Positions 14,154 through 26,284 of a stretch of 64,000 bases of DNA are shown here, piece by piece; position 1 is the first letter of the stretch; every line of letters begins with the position of its first letter. Under the pieces are notes generated by a model. The model searched no databases, had not been told where the DNA came from, and saw only the letters and a program-made list of their open reading frames with translations. A program made the position numbers and the translations under genes. Source of the DNA: Octopus sinensis (lineage: Eukaryota); NCBI RefSeq assembly GCF_006345805.1, contig NC_043004.1:31310001-31374000 (forward strand), given 5' to 3'.

Positions 14154-14322
14154 CAGATAGATAAATAGATAGATGCACACATCTCACATGCACATACATA
14201 ATGTTGGTACATTTTCCTATGTAAATAAATATACATGTATACGAGTGTCTGATTGTATGTACTTATGTATACATATATGTATATATAATATCTATATAGA
14301 GACAAAGACAGGGGAGAAAGGA

Positions 14323-14362
<40 letters not shown>

Positions 14363-14772
14363 GGAGAGAAAATGAAGAGAAATGTAGTGTCTTCTTCAAA
14401 AATAATGACTTCCTTGAAACTATAACAAATGTAATACTATTTAAAAAAAACTCCTTATACATAAGAGTGGGGGTTGTTCATTGTTATGTTGAGTTATAAT
14501 AAAAGCAATTTGACATTAGACTGAAGAATCACTCAATTTCTTTTTGTAGAGTGCATGATCATTATATGTTTACAAGAAGTGGGGTGACAGTGACTTCGAA
14601 GTTTCAGTCTGTCTAATAAAGATTAGTATGCCAAAACTTCAAAACACTGTCACCCCTTTTCTGGTATGTATGTATGTATGTATGTATGTATCTGTGTATG
14701 TGTGTATGTGTGTGTGTGTGTGTATGTGTGTATGTATGTATGTATGTATGTATGTATGTATGTATGTATGTA

Positions 14773-15099
14773 TGGCTCAGTGGTTAGAGCGTCGAGCTTA
14801 CAATCATGAGGTTGTGAGCTCGAATCCTGGACTGGGCTGCGTGTTGTGTACTTGAGCAAGACACTTTATTTTACGTTGCTCCAGTTCACTCAGCTGTAGA
14901 AATGAGTTGCAACGTCACTGGTGCCAAGCTGTATCGACCTTTGTCTTTCCCTTGGATAACACTGGGGGCGTGGAGAGGGAAGGCTGGTATGCATGGGCGA
15001 CTGCTGGTCTTCCATAAACAACCTCGCCCGGACTTGTGTCTAGGAGGGTAACTTTCTAAGTGCAATCCCATGGTCTGTGTCGTGACCGAAGGGGGTCTC
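14773..15099 (+). mobile_element. tRNA-derived SINE family B
   Basis: Near-identical to 9947-10267; embedded in (TATG)n. Confidence 0.9.
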
Positions 15100-15130
15100 C
15101 TCCGAATGTATGTATGTATGTATGTATGTA

Positions 15131-15184
<54 letters not shown>

Positions 15185-15514
15185 TGCTGGTCTATGTGTC
15201 CATTGCTTAGTTGTTTGGCAAAAAGGGACTGGTGAAATAAGTACTAGAGTTTTAAAAATTACTGGGGTCAATTTGTTTCAACTGCAGCCAAATCCTAGCA
15301 TGGGGACTGTTGAAACAAGAAAGCCAATATGTGTGTGTGTGTGTATGTATGTATCTCTTCTACTGTTCTACTTGTTTCAGTCATTTGACTGCGGCCATGC
15401 ATGCATGCATGTATGTATGCATGCATGCGTGTATATATGTATGTATGTGTGTGCATGCTCGTGTATGTGTGTTTATGTGTATCTATGTATGTATGTAGAT
15501 AGATAGAGAGAATT

Positions 15515-17050
15515 TAACTAAAAAAGAGGATGATGACTTTATTACATATGCAGGAACAGTCAACAGAATGTGTGAAAGCTTTAAGCTTAAAGAACTTACT
15601 ACTAAGATGTTTAAGTGCCTCATTTTTGTACAAGGCCTTACAGCAAATGAAAATACAGAAATATGGACAAGAATTCTTTCAAAACTTAAACAGACGAACC
15701 AAGATTTTACCCTGCAGACTATTGCAGAAGAGTGTTAAAGGATAGTGAACCTGAAACACAATGTAAAAAAAAATTCAGGGAAAGGATTTCACAAAAATAC
15801 AGATCCCCCAATAAGCTGGTAGTGTAAAAAATTAAATGGCTGTCCCACCAGTGAAAAGAACTCAATAGCTGAACTGAAGAAAAATTGAATTAAAAACGTT
15901 TTGTGTAATGTTATTCACAATCTGCCAGTGACGGCACATGATATAAAAATGAAATCTGCAGTGGAAAGAAATAAGCAAAATAAAAATACAAATTTGAATA
16001 CTTTTTCATTATGCGATGCTGTTCTAATGTACACGCAAAAAGTACCAACTGCTCTACTGAAATGAGTATCACAGAAATTCCACAGTGGACACCTGGGAAT
16101 GTCAAGAAGGAAAGCCTAAATAAGGAGCTATGTATATTGTCTGACAATGGACTGGAAAATTGTGTAAAATCATGTAGAGGTTGTGTGCTAGCAGCCAAAG
16201 CACCACCAGTGAAATACCAATCATGGTCTGAGATGGATAGTCCATGGTCCAAGGTATATATCGACTATGCTGGACTGGTGAACAGCGCATACTATCTAAT
16301 CATTGATGATAGCAGTACAAAATGGACAGAGGTATGCAAGTGCAATAAACCAACTGCAAAGACAACAAAGTTCCTGTATGAATTATTTGCCTGATACGGT
16401 GTTCCAGACACGTTGGTATCAGATAACAGAATACAATTTAAGGATAGTGAATTCTAAAATTTCTGCAAAATGCATGCAGCCCTACCACCCAAGGTCAAAC
16501 AGGCAGGTAGAAAGATTTGTTGATACTTTCAAACGAGCATTTAAAAAAGCAAGGAATGATGTAGGAAATGACAAAGCACTAACAAAATTCTTGAGATTAT
16601 ATAGAGTAACACCCAATCCGAATACCAAATCAGGAAAGTCTTCGGCAGAGTAATGTCCACATGAAAAATAAAATCGATTTTCGATAAATTATTTCCAGGA
16701 AAGAATATATTTAGAGGAAATACAAAAAAAGGCAACAAAACATTTTGTAGGAGATAAAGTTCATTTTAAAACTTATAAAAATGGTAAAGAAAGCTGGGAG
16801 GATGGTTTTGCAACTAAAAGATTAGGAAACATGATGTATGTAATTAAAGGACAAAGTTGGGAACATAAGAGACACCTAAACAAATTAAAGACAAGACATA
16901 CTGAAAAATGAAAGGAAATACCAATGGAAGTCTGCTTTGATATGTTTGAGGTGTTAGCACCGAAAGAGATTGAGCCTTGCAAAAGCAGCAGTAGAAAAAG
17001 TGAAACAGACTATACACTTAGAAATAATGCCAAAACGAAAAATATATTAA
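15515..17050 (+). mobile_element. Ty3/Gypsy LTR retrotransposon remnant: gag-like region joined to integrase; protease, RT and RNase H absent
   Basis: Integrase zinc-finger region (FHSGHLGM...VKSCRGC), core PWSKVYIDYAG, GVPDTLVSDN and YHPRSNRQVERFVDTFK; multiple stops and frameshifts. Confidence 0.9.
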
Positions 17051-17095
17051 AATTTCTAAAAAAAAAAAAAAAATAAAAAAAATAAAAAAAAAAAA

Positions 17096-17132
<37 letters not shown>

Positions 17133-17231
17133 TTTTAAAATTTTAAAAAAGAGAGGGAAAGGTGTGCTGAAAAAAAAAAAAAGTAAAATAAATTTTACTT
17201 CTTATAGAAGTCAAAATTTCAAAAGGGGAGA

Positions 17232-17445
17232 TGTTGTGATGAGATTCATAACACCCTCTTGCGAGAAATAGACTGGACCGAGTGATTATAAATAGTAGCA
17301 ATCGGAGTGAAGTTTGTGTGTTAGTTTGAGTTGAGTTCACAGTGAAGTCAGAAAGAGTCAGTTGGTCAGTTCATTTGGAATATTGATTGTTGGATTGTTA
17401 CATTGTTATTACAGCTGCATCGCTATCTTGTTTATTGTTACAACA
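17232..17445 (+). mobile_element. Putative 3' LTR (214 bp) of the Gypsy element
   Basis: Polypurine tract aaaaggggaga immediately 5'; TGTTGT...ACAACA inverted termini; TATA-like ttataaatag inside. Confidence 0.7.
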
Positions 17446-17734
17446 CTGGCACAATGTATCAAAACCATCCATCACAATATCATGGTGATACCACAACACT
17501 GGAGAAAGAGGATACAACAAACTGATACCACAATCATGAGCAGCAACACACTAACCACTAAACCATATGCACCCACCAAGCATCAAAAAGAGGGTGTTAA
17601 AATGGTGGTGACGATGATGATGATGATCATCATCATCATCATCATCATCATCACAATAATAGTAATTAGCAACAACAACAATAATAACTAATTAAATGAC
17701 CCTCAATATATTAATGAACTAAAGAACCTAGGCG

Positions 17735-18535
17735 TAAAAGAAATGAAGCCAGTATGCTCCACTGGATGTGTAATGTTGGTGTGCATACACAACAGAGTGT
17801 AAGTGCCCTGAGAGAAAAGTTGGACATAAGAAGCATCAGATGTTGTGCGTAAGAGAGACGACTGCACTGGTATGGTCATATGGTATGTGTTGGTATGTGT
17901 TGCATATGGATGAGGACAGCTTTGTGCACTGGTATGTGTTGCATATGGATGAGGACAGCTTTGTGAAGAAGTGTCACACCCTAACAGTGGAAGGAACCTA
18001 TGGAAGAGGTAGACCCAGGGAGACATGGGATGAGGTGGTGAAGCATGACCTTCAAACATTGGGCCTCACAGAGGCAATGACAAGCGACCAAGACACCTGG
18101 AGATATGCTGTGATTGAGAAGACTTGGCAAGTGAGATCATAGCTGTAGATGATGCCAGTGTCGCATAACCAGCCTGTTTAAAAGTACCCTTCAATCGTCA
18201 GGCAATATGCTGTGTTGAGAAACCCTGTTGAGTCAAGTGAAATCATAGTTGTAGCTGATGCCAGTGCCACCTGACTGGCACCTGTGTCGATGGTACATAA
18301 AAAAGAACCATTCAAGTGTGGTCAATGCCAGTGCCACCTGACTGGACCCTGTGCCAGTGACATGTAAAAATCACCCACTACTTGCAATGGTTGGCATTTG
18401 GAAGGGCATCCAGCTGTAGAAACCTTGCCAGATCAGATTGGAGCCTGGTGTAGCCTCCTGGCTTACCACTTCTTGATCAAACCGTCCAAACCATGCCAGG
18501 ATGGAAAGTGGACGTTAAACGATGATGATGATTTC
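17735..18535 (+). mobile_element. RTE-clade LINE 3' end with 3' UTR and (GAT)n tail
   Basis: WYVLHMDEDSFV (tandemly duplicated), GRGRPRETWDEVVKHDL; tail gtggacgttaaacgatgatgat. Confidence 0.9.
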
Positions 18536-19727
18536 ATGGACTTTGAAAATATAAAAGATCGACTTTATTCAAAAACAGAAATGAGCTCAGAATTTGGAGA
18601 GAAGGGAATAACTATTAGAAAAAAAAAATTTTTTACTATTTCTGCCAATTTTTGATCCCTGGAAATGAAGACACTAATGAAACAAAAGGAATTAATTTGA
18701 GATAAACTTTTAATACTCCTGTTTTCATTCATTTGAACATCTGTCTCTGTTCAATATGTTGTCTCTACAAGCTGGCTCTACAACATCAAACAATATGAAA
18801 CCCACTCAATAAAAAAATAGATGTGAAAATTATTTTTCCCCTTTCTTTATCTTTTTTTTATTTTTGTAATCGATTTTCCCAAGCTAGCTTGGGTGGTGCT
18901 GTTTTTAGATGTTTGTATATTGTTGGAGTAATTAGTTTTACAGCTTCCCTATCACTAATCAGTCAACCATTAAGCAAAGCTGCAAATGTGTATTGAGTCC
19001 ATTGAGGGGTTGCTTTGCCTGCATCTCTTAAACTCTCAGTTTAAGGCTTGAGTAACTACAAAAGTAGTTTACTATATAGCTTGGAATAGGCACTGTTATT
19101 TTAGTAAGATTATCTGTTAACAACTGGTATCCTGTGTGCCTTCAGGATTGCCAGATATTGGCCATAAGGATTCCTAAGGATCACGGAAGCAATGATTTGG
19201 ATATGTTCAAAACACTGTGGCAAGCTGGTTTATATATTATGATGTATGGAAACACAACACAAGATATATATATATATATATATAGTGAGAGAGAGAGAAA
19301 GAAAATAATTAAGAGAAGTATATCAAAAGGATATCCTTTAATACAGTACAACTCATTTGCACTCTTAAGGGGCAATAAGAATATAGGCAAGAATGGAGAA
19401 CCAATTTCAGAGGTCAGGTCCCTTTACCAAATTAAATCCCTTTGTATCATAGGCATATTCATATACAATATCACTTCAAGTACAAATATAAAAATCATGA
19501 AAGCATATGATACATAAATGTACCTGCATTAAAATATTTGGTGTTAAGTATTCAAATTTGATGAATCAATGATGAAGTTAGATGGTAGGAGAATCCAAGG
19601 AGCAGTGGTATACGATGAATCAGGATCAATCATTAGTGAGTACATATTCTTGCAACTGTTTTTAAAAATTGTGGTTTGAAATGGGCAGGTTTTCCATCCA
19701 TAACAATTGACCACATTTCTCTCATCA

Positions 19728-20066
19728 GAGGTACATTAATGATTTAAAATAGTTTAAAATATTATATAATTTCTAAACATAAAAGCGATTTAAGACAATA
19801 TCAAAATTTTTTAAAGATTTGTAAAAAATCCTAAAAATATTTTCCCAAAATTATGGATATTGAATCTAAGAAGCATGTTGTACAAAATACTTCTTCGATT
19901 CAGCATGTACAATATGCTTCTTCGAGTCAACAGCTGTAATTTTAGGAAAATTCTTATTTTTAGGATCTTTTACAAATCTTTTAAAAATTTTAATATTATC
20001 TTAAAACGCTTTTATGTTTAGAAATTATACAATATTTTGAAATCTTTTAAATCTTTAATGTACCTC
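19728..20066. mobile_element. AT-rich fold-back/MITE-like element (~340 bp)
   Basis: gaggtacattaa...ttaatgtacctc; arms complementary over roughly 140 bp with scattered mismatches. Confidence 0.75.
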
Positions 20067-20074
20067 AATTGTTC

Positions 20075-23035
20075 ATCATCATCATCATCGTTTAACATTC
20101 ACTTTCCATGCTGGCATGGGTTGGACTGTTTGCCTGAGGACTAATAAGCCAGAAAGCTGCACCAGTCTCCAATCTGATCTGGCAAAGTTTCTACAGCTGG
20201 ATGCCCTTCCTAATGCCAACCACTCCGAGATTATAGAAGGTGCTTTTTATATGCCACCGGCATGAGGGTCAGTCAGGCTGTACTGGCATCAACCACGCTT
20301 GAATGATGCTTTTTACGTGCCACCAGCAGGACCAGTCAAGTGACAGTGACATCAACCAAGCTTGAATGGTGATTTTTTACGTGCCATTCAGGCAGTACTG
20401 TCATCAGCTGCGACAATGACTTCACTTGACTCAACAGGTCTTTGCAAGCACAGTTTAAAGCCCAATGATTGAAGAGTACTCTTAAATGGGCCAGTTATGC
20501 TGCACTGGCATAGGCCACAGTTATGGTCTCACTTGGCTTGCTGGGTTTTCTCAAGCACAGCATATATCCAAAGATCTCAATCACTTGTCATTACCTCTGT
20601 GAGGCCCAACTTCAAAGGTCGTGCTTCATCACCTCATTCCAGGTTTTCCTGGATCTACCTCTTCCACAGGTTCCCTCTACAGCTAGGGTGTGACACTTTT
20701 TCACACAGCTGTCCTCATCCATACACAACACATGACCATACCAGCACATTCATCCCTCTTTTCTTACCCAGCATTCATCACCATTTTGTATCTTCTGTTC
20801 AAACCAAAATAGTCCATATTTCTCCTCCATACAACGGCTCAAAGCCACTCAGTGCAGTTACATTCTACTTTGCTATATGAGTTGTCATGATCAATCCAAG
20901 AGATCATACCCAATCACATTCTATATATGCTTGTCTTTCACACAGAGAAGGGAACTCTTTATTTCTTTCCTTCCGTTTTTCTAACTAGATACTCTAACTA
21001 GATACTATCATTACAACTCCCTCTGGTATTAATAATGCCAGTTAAGAGAACATACCTACTGTCTGTAGTCTGCCACCTGATTATTTAAGGGTAAGTGCCA
21101 TTAATTAAGAAGAAGCATCGTTATCTCTGTGGTGCCTCTCCTGCTAACAACATCTGTCTTAGCAGGGAAAAGGATTACTTCTTAATCTGTAAGAGATCCC
21201 TCTGTACTCTTTGTATGTCCTTTCTTTCACTGAGTGCATGGTATGCATTTCATACATACATACTACTTTCCTTCATATCAAGCAACGTATTTATTCAAAC
21301 GATAACATTTAATATTTCTTTGCTACTTTACTCAAGTTCAAGGCGAATAAGGACAATCATCAGGAACTGAAGTTTTACATCTTTACACGCATACATAAAT
21401 ATATATATCTATATATACAAATTGAGATAGGGGTTGTAAATGCAACCCTCCATGGGATAACAATATCCATACTGCTAGTGAAGTACCCAACAAGGTTAAT
21501 ACATAAATGTTAAGGATTGTGATGCAATCAATTCATTTACTGTATTATATGGGCAAAGGTAAAATGTTTTTTATCTGGTAATTGATATTTGATTTAGATG
21601 TATTTCTCCATTTTCTTATTTTGTCCAACTTTTCTATCAGAGCACTTACACTTTGTCATGTATGCACACTGACATTACACATCCAGCAGAGCGTACTAGC
21701 TTCATTCCTTGCAAGTTTACACATGTCCTCGGCAGTCATGGCCCATGTTTCACTGCCATGTAGCATAGCTGTTCATACACATACGTCATACAGTCTACCT
21801 TTTACTCTGAGCAAGAGGCCCTTTGTCACCAGCAGAGTTAGGAACTCTCTGATCTTTGAGCAGGCTAATCTTATTCTAGCAGCTACACTGTCAGAGCATC
21901 CCCCACCCCCACTACTGACTTAGTCACCTAGGTAACAGAAACTATCAACTACTTCTAGTTTATTCCGCTGGCATGTGACGGAAGCTGTTTTCTGCACATT
22001 TTCAGTGTTTATTGCCCCTGAGCATTTACCACACACAAAAACTATCTTCCCAGTTAGTCTTCCTTTGATATTGCTGCACCTCTTGTGTATTCATAGCTTA
22101 CACTAGGTACATCTTGTGGAGTTTCTACCTACACCTTTTCTACAAATTGAGCAGGGCCATCTACCTGGTGGGATTTGTGATTTGTCTGCCTTTCTACTTA
22201 TTAAGACTTTGGTTTTTGCTAGATTGACTCTAAGGCCCTACGATTCTAGACCTTGCTTCCACACCTGAAACTTCTCTAGTTCTGATAGTGACTCAGCTAT
22301 TAGAACAAGGTCATCAGCATAGAGAAGCTCCCAGTGAGCATCCTGTCTTAAATTCCTCTGTTATTGCCTGGAGGACTATGATAAATAAGAGGGAGCTGAG
22401 GACTGAGCCTTGGTGGACCCCTACATCTACCCGGAATTCTTCACTGTACTCATTTCCAACCCTCACCTTACTGACAGCATCCCAGTACATGGCTTGTACA
22501 GCTCTCACTATCCACTCATCTATCCCTAGTTTCCACACTGACCACCACATAAGGGATCAAGGGACCCTGTCAAAGGCTTTCTCCATGTCATGAAAGCCAG
22601 GTACAGAGGTTTATTTTTGGCTAGGTATTTCTCCTGCAGCTATCTTACCAGAAATATAGCATCAGTGGTGCTTTTCCCTGGCACAAACCCAAACTGCATC
22701 TCATCTCAACCAACCCTCTCCCTAATTAGTTGGGCTGTGACCCTCTCTGTAACTTTCCTTACCTGATCCAACAACTTGATACCTCTGAAATTATTTATAT
22801 CTAATGCATCATCTTTACCTTTGTAGCAGCTGACTATGGTGCTGCTACACCAGTCATTGGGTATGACTCCTTCATATATCACCTGATTGACTATATGGGT
22901 GACTTGACTATAGCCGACACCGCCAGATATTTTAAGCATCTCTGCACACCTTCATTTTGAGATCACCAATACTTTATTATCTCACCTTCTTCCTAGCTCT
23001 CCTGTCTAACTACCTCTGTTCAGCCAGCTGCTATG
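20075..23035 (-). mobile_element. 5'-truncated RTE-clade LINE (RT to 3' tail), interrupted at 20759-21624
   Basis: RT motifs NFRGIKLLDQ, GVHQGSVLSSLLF, MLHGSETW; 3' end at 20500-20758 and (CAT)n tail near 20075-20090. Confidence 0.9.
20759..21624. repeat. Copy 1 of a direct duplication (~870 bp, near-identical to 24437-25312)
   Basis: Both begin ttttcttacccagcattcatcacc and end ctccattttcttattttgt. Confidence 0.95.
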
Positions 23036-23059
23036 ATTGACCGCTACTTCAAAAGTTTT

Positions 23060-23220
23060 TTTTATTCTGTCTCTGTGTTCCTTGTGTTCCTTTCTGATGA
23101 AGAGCATAGGCTTAAAACGTAAAAGACTTTCTCACCTTCCCAAGCATTAAACTAATACACCTGTTTGTTGTTTATAAACCTGTCTTTGTCTTTTTTGTTT
23201 TTCTGTATATTTCAACTATA
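23060..23220 (+). mobile_element. Penelope-like terminal remnant with minimal hammerhead motif (23089-23126)
   Basis: CTGATGA-a-GAGC-atag-GCTT-aAAAC-GTA flanked by ttt/aaa; downstream sequence shared with the 42.3 kb copy. Confidence 0.65.
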
Positions 23221-23384
23221 CATGTATATATATACTTATGCATATATATATATTTATGTATGCATATTCATGTCTGTATATATATGTGTGTGCATGAGAA
23301 TATGTATATGCATATATATATGTATATATATATATTTATGTATGCATATTTATGTGTGTATATATATGTGTGTGTGTGAATATG

Positions 23385-23415
<31 letters not shown>

Positions 23416-23446
23416 CTGTGTATGTGTATATATGTGGATATATATA

Positions 23447-23479
<33 letters not shown>

Positions 23480-24171
23480 TGTTAAATTTCGGAATGGTCA
23501 TTTTGCCAGTTTAGCCAATAAATATATAAACGTACTATATATATATATATATATATATAAATACATATATGTGTATGTAGAAAGAAGACTGTCATATATA
23601 TTTGTATATTCGTGTGTGTGTCTGTGTCTGTGTCTGTGTTTGTACCCCCCACCATTGCTTGACAACAGATGTCGCTATGTTTACATAACTTAGCGGTTCA
23701 GCAAAAGACACTGATAGAAGAAGTACTAGGCTTACAAAGTATAAATCCTGTGGTCGATTTTTTTTTAAACCAAAGGCAGTGCTCCAGCATGGATGCAGTC
23801 ACATGACTGAAACAAGTAAAACAATAAAAAAATTATGCCATTTTAATCCTGAGCAAGGCCAGGTATCTCTGCTCATATTCTACATAAACAAGTCTGAGGA
23901 AATGGTACATTACATGGAAACAGGTGAGAATTGGTGACAGGAAAAGCACTCAGCCATAGAAAATCCCCTCAACAAATTCCATCCAACCTATGCAAGAATG
24001 GAAAAGTGGTCAGTAAGATGACGGTGATGATGATGATGATAATGATATATAAACACACACACACACACACATACACTCACAGATATACATTCAATGTATT
24101 CTCATTCTTTTATTTTTTACTGTCTCTGTCTCTTTCTCCCTCTCTCTTTTGTAGCTATCTCTATCTATCTG

Positions 24172-24202
<31 letters not shown>

Positions 24203-24436
24203 TGTGTGTGTGTGTGTATGTGTGTGTGTGTGCATGTGTGTGTGTGCATGCATACCTGTGTGTTTTCGATAGCTCTTCCATACAGTATATCATCAGGCAC
24301 CTTAATCCTTTCATCATTTCCTCTATAAAGCTCATCCTCCAGAGATCTAATCTCAGCATACTTTTTCCTCTTTTCTTCAATCCTTCTTTCTCCCTCCACC
24401 CAACACATAATTTCTACTGTCATTAAAAAACAAAGG

Positions 24437-25312
24437 TTTTCTTACCCAGCATTCATCACCATTTTGTATCTTCTGTTCAAACCAAAATAGTCCATATTTC
24501 TCCTCCATACAACGGCTCAAAGCCACTCAGTGCAGTTACATTCTACTTTGCTATATGAGTTGTCATGATCAATCCAAGAGATCATACCCAATCACATTCT
24601 ATATATGCTTGTCTTTCACACAGAGAAGGGAACTCTTTATTTCTTCCCTTCCGTTTTTCTAACTAGATACTCTAACTAGATACTATCATTACAACTCCCT
24701 CTGGTATTAATAATGCCAGTTAAGAGAACATACCTACTGTCTGTAGTCTGCCACCTGATTAATTTAAGGGTAAGTGCCATTAATTAAGAAGAAGCATCGT
24801 TATCTCTGTGGTGCCTCTCCTGCTAACAACATCTGTCTTAGCAGGGAAAAGGATTACTTCTTAATCTGTAAGAGATCCCTCTGTACTCTTTGTATGTCCT
24901 TTCTTTCACTGAGTGCATGGTATGCATTTCATACATACATACTACTTTCCTTCATATCAAGCAACGTATATTTATTCAAACGATAACATTTAATATTTCT
25001 TTGCTACTTTACTCAAGTTTCAAGGCGAATAAGGACAATCATCAGGAACTGAAGTTTTACATCTTTACACGCATACATAAATATATATATATCTATATAT
25101 ACAAATTGAGATAGGGGTTGTAAATGCAACCCTCCATGGGATAACATATATCCAATATACTGCTAGTGAAGTACCCAACAAGGTTAATACATAAATGTTA
25201 AGGATTGTGATGCAATCAATTCATTTACTGTATTATATGGGCAAAGGTAAAATGTTTTTTATCTGGTAATTGATATTTGATTTAGATGTATTTCTCCATT
25301 TTCTTATTTTGT
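24437..25312. repeat. Copy 2 of the direct duplication
   Basis: As above; differs mainly by small insertions in A/T runs. Confidence 0.95.
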
Positions 25313-26284
25313 ATATATCTATATACATATGTACCTATACGCATACATATATACATGCGAATATGGTTGTGTTGTTAAGAAGTTTGCTTCTCAATGCGTG
25401 GTTTCAGGTTCAGACTCACTGCACAGCATCATGTCTTCTACAATAGCTCCAAGCCAACGATGGGCATTAATGATGACGATCATCATCATCATCATCATCA
25501 TCATGACGATGACAGTGACAATGATGATGATGATATATACATGCAGGTATTTAGGCATGTATGTATGAATGCAGGAATGTATGTATGCAGGAATGTATTA
25601 TGCATGTATGCAAGTATGTATACTTTTATACATACATGCATGCATGTATGTATATATGCATATGTCTTTCATCAATATATCAATGAAAAATCAAATTAGT
25701 AAGAAAAAGCAAAAATGTAGTACTTTTCCAACAATCTCCTCGTAATAATTATTGTTACTCGAACAGACACTTCCTTCTCTTGCTGACCATTAGAAATATG
25801 GTGAACCTGTAACCAACAGGTGCATTTGTTCACCAACTGTGATAAAAAAATTATAAATTGCTGTTCCATTTTATGATGTTTATATGCTATGGTTAGTTTT
25901 CGCTTGTAGCTCATAATATTTAATAACAGATTGAATTTGAGAATTTGATATTTTAGCTAAGACTTATTGTATTTCCTCCAGTTACATGACCAACCTTCTA
26001 TTGATCCAGTGAACTTCAACATTTATTTTTATTAAAGCATTTCTATTATATTTTTTATGCATATACAGGGTGGCCCAAAAGTAGGTTTACAGTTATTCGA
26101 CTATCTCTTTTGCATTCATATATTAACAGTTTAGATCTTAATTATAAAAAATATGAAACCATTATTCTATGCTAATTTAGTTAATTTTGCCAAGCTCTTT
26201 TTTCAGTTTGTAATTTTTTTTTAACCAAAATCTGGACACTAAATCTGTGACTTTTGCCATTTAAACTAACTATTGTTTTGTATT

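Noticed and set aside
19147-19230. Plus-strand exon candidate DCQILAIRIPKDHGS...
   Set aside because: No convincing donor and no homology.
20764-20960. Exon inside the duplicated segment (minus-strand donor TGG/gtaaga)
   Set aside because: All three frames contain stops within about 100 nt upstream.
26066-26100. Tc1-like TIR (tacagggtggcccaaaagtagg)
   Set aside because: No partner TIR or transposase sequence nearby; at most a solo fragment.
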